From Dickeya dadantii NCPPB 898 (lineage in GTDB: Bacteria; Pseudomonadota; Gammaproteobacteria; Enterobacterales; Enterobacteriaceae), in assembly GCF_000406145.1 (NCBI RefSeq), contig NZ_CM001976.1, forward strand, positions 4,609,545 to 4,641,544: a DNA stretch of 32,000 nucleotides, given 5' to 3'. Positions 25,972-32,000 of this stretch are shown piece by piece; positions within the stretch are counted from its first letter, which is position 1; the number at the start of each line of letters is the position of its first letter. Under the pieces are notes generated by a model. The model searched no databases, was not told where the DNA came from, and was given only the letters and a program-made list of their open reading frames with translations. The translations under genes and the position numbers were made by a program.

Positions 25972-26071
25972 CCAAAACGCAATATCGGGCAATACACCAC
26001 AACTATTCCCGATAAGGTACATAATTATCGTGCGAATGGTATTTTTTGCGACTCGACTAACAGGACAGATC

Positions 26072-27208
26072 ATGAAGGCTCTTACGTTCAGTAATGTATT
26101 AAAAGAATTGGATGCACTGGGCGAAAAATTACGGCAGGCGGCCAGTCAGGTAGAATCCGATCGTAGCCGGGCGTTATCCTGTCTTGAGGATGAGTTGCTT
26201 TATACCATCGCCTACATTGGCATTCCGCCCGAATTCATTCCGTTTCGGGGGTGGGACTATCAGGCCTGCCACTATAGCGATCACATCGATATGCTGGAGT
26301 ACCTCAGCCGCTTCGACGCCAGCGGTCTGATGATGTTGCCCGGCGCTTCGCTGTCGGCGCGAGCAGTCACGATGCTGGGCACGCCGGAGCAGCAGGCCTT
26401 CTTCTTCTCCCGCTTTAACCAGCCGCCTTGCTGGGCGTTTTTTGCCGTCACCGAACCTGAAGTCGGCTCCGATACGCAATCGATCGCTTCTTCACTGACG
26501 CCGACCGATAACGGCTATGTGCTGCACGCCCGCAAGAAATTCATCGGCGGCGCGCAACTGGCGTCCGTCGGGCTGGTCTTCGCCCGCGAAGGCAACCTCC
26601 AGCGGCTGGTGATGGTGGAGCCCGAACAGGCCGCTTCTCACATGACGATCACGCCGCTTGAACAGTTCGGACTACAGGGTTCTAACCTGACGGAAATCGA
26701 GATCAACGGGCTGCCGGTCACGCCGGATCGCATTCTGGGCTATCACCGCAAAGGGCTGAACCAGGGGCTGACCGCGCTGGGACAGGTGTTTGAACGCCAC
26801 CGTCCGATGGTCAGCGCCATGGCGCTCGGCACCGCCTACGGGCTGCTGCGCGTGCTGGACGACACCGGGCTGAACGCCGAACAACAGCGCTGGCGCGCCC
26901 AGCAGTGGCGTACTTACCATCTGCTGCGGCAGCAACTGTCGGAAACCGCCGCGCGCTACCAGTCCGGCCAGCCGCAATACCACATCACCAGCCAGTTGAA
27001 ACGGCGCTGTACCCTGTTCGTGGAAACGGTGGCGCACCGGATGCCGCATCTGCTGGGCGAGCAAACGTGGCTGGAAGACGCGCCGTTGCGCCGTCGCTGT
27101 CGCGATGCGCTGGCGTTCGAATACATGGAAGGCACCGCCAATATCCATCTGATGAACAGTTTCCGTTGTTACACTGCCAAGGGAGGCGTCTGTGCCCACG
27201 TATCTTGA
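26072..27208 (+). CDS. acyl-CoA dehydrogenase family flavoprotein, copy 2
   Basis: Start MKALTFSNV.. at 26072 (the ORF-track start 26030 is less likely). Motifs are FAVTEPEVGSDT and FEYMEGTANIH. It is a paralog of 23170-24303. Confidence 0.8.
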   Translation: MKALTFSNVLKELDALGEKLRQAASQVESDRSRALSCLEDELLYTIAYIGIPPEFIPFRGWDYQACHYSDHIDMLEYLSRFDASGLMMLPGASLSARAVTMLGTPEQQAFFFSRFNQPPCWAFFAVTEPEVGSDTQSIASSLTPTDNGYVLHARKKFIGGAQLASVGLVFAREGNLQRLVMVEPEQAASHMTITPLEQFGLQGSNLTEIEINGLPVTPDRILGYHRKGLNQGLTALGQVFERHRPMVSAMALGTAYGLLRVLDDTGLNAEQQRWRAQQWRTYHLLRQQLSETAARYQSGQPQYHITSQLKRRCTLFVETVAHRMPHLLGEQTWLEDAPLRRRCRDALAFEYMEGTANIHLMNSFRCYTAKGGVCAHVS

Positions 27209-28049
27209 CCCACGGTCGATACTGCACCGCCGCTTTGCCTCGCCCGCCAGCATGCCGCGGCAGGCGATCAGCCCGGCGCAGGAGTATTACTGGCACAGCT
27301 ACGCCACCCGGTTCTTCGCCAGCAACGGTCTTGACTGGCATGATAGGATGGCTAACCTGCAATCCAGCAGCCGGACCAGCGACCTGACATCGTTCATCAA
27401 CATGATCGGCCAGTTGCTGCCCGTTTATCGGGCCAGAAACGATCTGTCGCATATCGACAGCGTGCTGATGGCGCACTGGACGCCGGACTTACATCTTGGC
27501 AGTTCGGTGATCAACTATGTCATCGAATCGCTCAGGTTGCCGGCCTGTCTGGCGTTGACCATCAGTGATCGCGGGCCGGACGCGGCGTTGTTCGCGCTCT
27601 CCAGCATCGCCAATTGCCAGTTGGAAGATGACCATGACTCGCTGTTGCTGATCGCCGACCAGAGCAACCTGCCGTATCACTCCACCCTGCTTGAATCGCT
27701 CGCCCCGGAAAACAACGCCTGTCTGTTTTCCGTCAGTTGCCACGAGCGGCCGCTGCGCTATCAGGGGTTCTGTCGCCATCCTCAACCCGCGGCCGACACC
27801 CTGGCGCAAACCGTGGCCCAGTTATGCCAGCGCTTTGCCCTGCGGCAAGACCGCTTATGCGTGGTAGCGGAGCCGTTACTGCTGGCGGCGCTGCCGCCGA
27901 CGCTGACCGGTATCGCCACCAACCCGCATCTGGTATGCGCCGCGCCGTTTGTGGCGCTGGCGGAAAATTACCAGCCCGGCCGTGACTACCTGCTGCTGGT
28001 TCATTATCAGGACACGCTCAGCGCAGTCGCATTACAAGGGATGGAATAA
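27192..28049 (+). CDS. FabH-fold protein lacking the catalytic Cys (PqsB-like partner candidate)
   Basis: GTG start 5 nt after a GGGAGG RBS, overlapping the ACAD end by 17 nt. It is a paralog of 16778-17689, with shared strings HWTPD, ..SDRGPDAALFALSSI.., LLLIADQ and VCAAPFVAL. Confidence 0.7.
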   Translation: MPTYLDPRSILHRRFASPASMPRQAISPAQEYYWHSYATRFFASNGLDWHDRMANLQSSSRTSDLTSFINMIGQLLPVYRARNDLSHIDSVLMAHWTPDLHLGSSVINYVIESLRLPACLALTISDRGPDAALFALSSIANCQLEDDHDSLLLIADQSNLPYHSTLLESLAPENNACLFSVSCHERPLRYQGFCRHPQPAADTLAQTVAQLCQRFALRQDRLCVVAEPLLLAALPPTLTGIATNPHLVCAAPFVALAENYQPGRDYLLLVHYQDTLSAVALQGME

Positions 28050-28085
28050 TGGGGGACAGAAACCAGTGCAGGGGCTGAAATAACG

Positions 28086-29024
28086 GTGCGTCTGACCCGC
28101 TTTGTGACCTGGGTGCCGAAGCAACGGCTGAGCGCCGGCGATGTTATTTGCGCCGCAGGCGCCAGCGCATCGGAAGCGCGGGTCTTCTCGCAACTGTTCG
28201 GCTTTCGGCAGGTGGCGGCGCTGGATAGCGATGTGCCGCTGGCTTCGGTGTTCCACCGGCTGCTCAGCGAGTTGCAGCGCCAGTCGCCGCACCCCGAGCA
28301 CCCGGCCGATGTGCTGATCTATGCTCACGGCATGCCGGTGCAGGCGTCGGATCAGCACCCTTGGCTGGTCCAGCTTGGCCGTGAACATCCGTTTATTCGC
28401 GAGCACGCCCCCTGCTACGAACTCGACCAGCAAAACTGCGCCACGCTGTTTTGGGCGCTGGCGCTGGCTCAACGACTGCTGTCGCAGCAACGCGCGAAGC
28501 GGGTGGCGATCATTGCCGGCGATACGTTATCTGCATTTGCGATTCAGGAGCGATATTTTCCCGGTTGTACTATGGTTGGCGATGCCTTCGCAGCACTGTT
28601 ACTGGAAAATCAGCCATCCGGCCTCCAAATAGGACCTGTCTATACCGAACAGCGACCAGAGTTTCATGAAGGCATTCATGGTAGCGAGCACGCCAAAAAA
28701 GCATTTTATCAAGCTCATGATGAGTTGATTTCCGATGCGTTACAAAGCGTAAAGCCAGGCCCCCCGACACATCTCCATCTCTTACCGCACAACGTCAATC
28801 GGTTAAGCTGGCTCAACTATTCCCGCCGTCATCAACATCCGCTGGAAAACATTGCGCTCGGCCTGATGCCGGATATCGGACACTGCTATACCGTCGATCC
28901 GCTGCTGTTGCTACCAGCCGCACTGCCCGCAATTCAGTCCGGCAAGCCCCACGTCATGCTGTCCGTCGGTCTGGGCGCCTGGATCGGCAGTTGCCGAATC
29001 CAGTATGCTGACGCGCCGTTCTAA
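28086..29024 (+). CDS. FabH-like (KAS III family) condensing enzyme, copy 2
   Basis: The N-terminus MRLTRFVTWVPKQRLSAGDV is FabH-like. The Cys is in LDQQNCATLFWALALA, the His in LLPHNVN, and the third motif is DIGHCYTVDP. Confidence 0.8.
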   Translation: MRLTRFVTWVPKQRLSAGDVICAAGASASEARVFSQLFGFRQVAALDSDVPLASVFHRLLSELQRQSPHPEHPADVLIYAHGMPVQASDQHPWLVQLGREHPFIREHAPCYELDQQNCATLFWALALAQRLLSQQRAKRVAIIAGDTLSAFAIQERYFPGCTMVGDAFAALLLENQPSGLQIGPVYTEQRPEFHEGIHGSEHAKKAFYQAHDELISDALQSVKPGPPTHLHLLPHNVNRLSWLNYSRRHQHPLENIALGLMPDIGHCYTVDPLLLLPAALPAIQSGKPHVMLSVGLGAWIGSCRIQYADAPF

Positions 29025-29306
29025 CCTTCCGCAGCCCGGCCGCACTATTTAGCCGCATTTATCAGAATAGTTCTCAATTTCAGACAAAAATGGATAATTC
29101 CGCTATGCATAATAGCAACTAGGGAAAGCTTTCGCTGGCTTGCCGGCGATAAGAGACAAGGATGTAACTGAACCGCCCCGACTGAAACAACGGATGAATG
29201 ATCAGACGGGCATCGGCCAGACAAGGATAAGCTGGCCGCGGGTTCCCTCCTGATACGGGACGTCAGGCTGGCATGGCAGGGATAGCAACGGAGAAGGGAG
29301 AGAGGA

Positions 29307-29822
29307 ATGAAAGCGTTGCTTTGTTCCGCGCTGGTGCTGCTGCCATTGACGGTGGCTTGTTCGCCGGCGAATCAGCAAAACGTGGATGTGCCCTCCTTTA
29401 CGACATTGGATGTTAGCCGTGGCCTGAGCGTCACTTTGGTTTGCGGTAATGGATACCGCGTGGAGGCCAGCGCCAGACAGGATGTTCTGGATAAGCTGGT
29501 CGTCCGCCCTCAGGGACAGAGTCTGATCATCGAAAACCATTCCAGCGATGACAATATCCTGCGTGATCACAGCGCAGCGATTACGGTCATTATCAGCGCA
29601 CCGATTACTACGATTAAGGCACAGTCAGGTGTCAGGATGACCGTTCCCGCCTGTGCGGTTTCGCCCGACACATTCACGGTCGACGGCAGCATGGGCGCGG
29701 AGATCAACGTCGCGGGCAATACACGTCAGCTCGACCTGTCGCTGGCGATGGGGTCATCTTTCAATACGCGTGAACAGGCTTTTTCGGCGCAGGAGGCCGT
29801 GGTGAATATCGCCAGGGCGTAG
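29307..29822 (+). pseudogene. DUF2807-like (adhesin-head GIN-domain-like) lipoprotein, apparently frameshifted near its 3' end
   Basis: Strong RBS GGAGAGAGG. Lipoprotein-type signal MKALLCSALVLLPLTVAC. It has beta-helix-like repeats. After the TAG at 29820-29822 a further 43 codons (DARLCHVRQLSGTITTGARVRVAPDTLVHTSNGVASL..) continue in another frame to the TGA at 29951-29953. Confidence 0.5.
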
Positions 29823-29940
29823 ACGCGCGGTTATGCCATGTGCGGCAGTTGAGTGGAACCATCACCACCGGCGCCAGAGTCCGGGTGGCACCGGATACGC
29901 TGGTTCATACCAGCAACGGCGTAGCCAGCCTGATAGACCA

Positions 29941-30711
29941 TCACGGTTGCTGAAGCGATGCGCGGTTTTCCGGCGCGTCGTCACGCAGTATCAGCAAACG
30001 CCATGCATCCGGCTCGGCCGATTTAGCAGGCAAAAGGCAGTAGCTGAGCGCGACGGACGGCTCCCCCGCAATCCACGCTTCATCCAGCCGACAATCGCTA
30101 ATCTGCCCGACATCCGTTACCCGAATAGCCCCCTGGCCGTCGGCCAGGCAGCTGAACGACGCCAGCGATTTGCGCAACCCTAACCCCAGCGCTTTGATGT
30201 AGGCTTCTTTGCGGCTCCACAAACAGGTGAACGCCGGCAGGAATCGCACGTCATCAAACGCATCCAGCCAGCGGATTTCATCAGGATGAAAGAAACGTCT
30301 GGCCACTGACCGCTTACGGTCCACATGACCCTGACAGCTTTCCACATCCACACCCACCGGACTGTGGCGCGCAAACGCAAAAGCAAAGGCGCTATGAGTG
30401 TGGGATAGATTGAACTGAATTGTCGGATGCTGTGGCAAAAACGGTTTGCCATGCGGGTTACGCTCAAAGCGTAGTGCGGCGGCCTCTTGCTGACACAGCG
30501 GCGCCAGCAGGATGCGCAGCATGCCTTCCGCCAACTGGCGGGAAGCCAACACCGCATCCGGCAGCACGCCGCAGGCCTGACGAGCCTGCGCGACGATTGT
30601 CGGGCACGCCAGTTGCGCACGCGGTACTACAACACAGTGGGGATACGGCCATGCTCTCGCCGCCAGGTCATCCCAGCGGCAGGAAGATATTGACGACACA
30701 GCCTTCTGCAT
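29941..30711 (-). CDS. vfmJ: Sfp-type 4'-phosphopantetheinyl transferase
   Basis: Motifs are GKPFL...FNLSHT, VGVDVE and WSRKEAYIKALG. It overlaps the 3' end of the kinase gene by 44 nt. The symbol is inferred from the published vfmFGHIJ operon order. Confidence 0.8.
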   Translation of the reverse strand: MQKAVSSISSCRWDDLAARAWPYPHCVVVPRAQLACPTIVAQARQACGVLPDAVLASRQLAEGMLRILLAPLCQQEAAALRFERNPHGKPFLPQHPTIQFNLSHTHSAFAFAFARHSPVGVDVESCQGHVDRKRSVARRFFHPDEIRWLDAFDDVRFLPAFTCLWSRKEAYIKALGLGLRKSLASFSCLADGQGAIRVTDVGQISDCRLDEAWIAGEPSVALSYCLLPAKSAEPDAWRLLILRDDAPENRASLQQP

Positions 30712-31987
30712 CCTTACGGTTCTCCAGCGTCAGGTGCCCGTCATGGCCTTCGACAATCTGCCGGCACAGAATCAGCCCAATGCCGCTGCCATGCGTCTTG
30801 GTGGTATAAAACGGCACGAACAGGTTTTCGATATTCGCCACCCCTTTGCCCTGATCGATAATCTCGATATGCAATTGCCGGGCAATCACTTTCCAGCGCA
30901 ACACGATTTCACCCTGCCCGGGTGCCATCGCTTCATCGGCGTTTTTCAGCAGGTTGATGAACATCTGCTGCATTTGATTGGCATCGACCATCGCCTGCTG
31001 CGGCGCGTCCCCGGAAAGCACCAGTTTACGCTGTGGGAACAGCATCGCCATTTGCGTCATCAGCCCGGCGATATCGCAGGGCTGTTTGTTGGCCGGCGGC
31101 AGGCGGTTCAACTGACGATAACTGCCGACAAAGGTGATCAGTTCGCGGGCGCGATTGTTGATGATCTCCATGCCGTTGACCAGATCCGGCGCCGCCTGAT
31201 GCTGACTATCCTTACGGAACACCTGCAACAGCGTCTGGCTGATGGAGGCAATCGGCGTCAATGAGTTGTTGATCTCATGGCTGATCACCCGCAGCAGGTT
31301 CTGCCAGGTTTTCTGCTCCTCGTTACGCAACAGTTTGCTCACATCGCTGATGAATAACAGGTGGTTTTGCCGACCGTCTTCGATAAAGGAATCGTGACGA
31401 ATCTGGAACATCCCCCGTGTGCCGGGGAAACGCCAGTCGACCGGCTCGGCATCTGACGGTTGCTGCAACAACCCTTCCAGCCCGAACTCCGCCGCCGGTT
31501 GTCCCACCAGCAGCGAGAGCGGTTTGTTGACCAGCACCGCCGCCGCGTCGTTACACCAGATGATGCGCCGCTCCGCGTCCAGCGCGAACACGCTGATATT
31601 GATATTGGAGATTACCTTGTGCAGCACATAGTAGGTTTCTTTTTGCTGCTGACGGCTACGGGCCATCGTGCCGGAAAGCTGGTTAATCTGGCGGATCAAG
31701 TTATCAAACGCGCCTTTATCCTTGGTAACGCCGCGCAGGCTGAAGTTTTCCTGCTCCAGCGCTTCCAGCAGGTTAGACACAACGTGAATCTTGCCGTTCA
31801 GTCGCTCGGAGAACGTAAAGCTGCTGTAGACCAGACACAGGAAGATGATGAATACCGTCAGTATCTTCAGGTACACCGACTGGTCGGGAAACAGCCATAG
31901 CAGGAAATACCCCAACAAGCCGGCAATCGCTGCGACATTGAATGACAACAGGTGAGGAGGCTCAAAGGAGGAGTCGAGTTTACTCAT
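30668..31987 (-). CDS. vfmI: membrane sensor histidine kinase (two TM segments, PAS-like region, HisKA + HATPase_c)
   Basis: TM segments are LLSFNVAAIAGLLGYFLLWLF and ILTVFIIFLCLVYSSF. The H-box is LLRVISHEINNSLTPI, the N-box FINLLKNADEAM, G1 DQGKGV and G2 GSGIGL. The symbol is inferred from the cluster context. Confidence 0.8.
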   Translation of the reverse strand: MSKLDSSFEPPHLLSFNVAAIAGLLGYFLLWLFPDQSVYLKILTVFIIFLCLVYSSFTFSERLNGKIHVVSNLLEALEQENFSLRGVTKDKGAFDNLIRQINQLSGTMARSRQQQKETYYVLHKVISNINISVFALDAERRIIWCNDAAAVLVNKPLSLLVGQPAAEFGLEGLLQQPSDAEPVDWRFPGTRGMFQIRHDSFIEDGRQNHLLFISDVSKLLRNEEQKTWQNLLRVISHEINNSLTPIASISQTLLQVFRKDSQHQAAPDLVNGMEIINNRARELITFVGSYRQLNRLPPANKQPCDIAGLMTQMAMLFPQRKLVLSGDAPQQAMVDANQMQQMFINLLKNADEAMAPGQGEIVLRWKVIARQLHIEIIDQGKGVANIENLFVPFYTTKTHGSGIGLILCRQIVEGHDGHLTLENRKDAEGCVVNIFLPLG

Positions 31988-32000
31988 GGTTAATCTTGTA

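Overview
By gene content this looks like a Dickeya-type (Pectobacteriaceae) chromosomal segment. All homology statements come from reading the translations by eye; no searches were run. It splits into two parts. (A) 1-9500 is an accessory patch with mixed GC. It holds a decayed IS3-family element (112-1306) and an Abi_2/HEPN abortive-infection gene with a structured leader. Next is a small regulatory module of two paralogous XRE repressors flanking a Ner/Nlp-like gene, with four copies of one 17-bp palindromic operator. It also holds a 766-aa two-domain peptidoglycan-hydrolase toxin (M23-like N-terminus, EF-hand loop, pesticin/lysozyme-like C-terminus) followed by two AT-rich secreted-protein genes, the first a DUF1311/LprI-like candidate immunity protein. 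An orphan PAAR gene, a 72-aa hypothetical and a DUF1471 stress protein complete this part. (B) 9800-32000 starts with an 895-aa secreted protein carrying a C-terminal FN3-like domain and the convergent, overlapping AHL quorum-sensing pair expI/expR. Directly after these comes a 14-gene, tightly coupled biosynthetic operon (15155-29024). It encodes two free-standing carrier proteins, three stand-alone adenylating enzymes, a PLP decarboxylase, a VOC-fold protein, two acyl-CoA dehydrogenases, two FabH-like enzymes and three FabH-fold proteins lacking the catalytic Cys. A convergent Sfp-type PPTase gene and a sensor histidine kinase gene close the window. I recognise this as the Dickeya Vfm quorum-sensing cluster, whose signal molecule is, to my knowledge, still chemically undefined. 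It is the best candidate for the interesting system here. New observations inside it are a duplicated ACAD / Cys-less FabH-like / FabH-like module that resembles PqsB-PqsC, a seven-copy 18-21 bp tandem repeat array inside the operon, and low-GC patches over the specificity-determining parts of the two adjacent adenylation genes.
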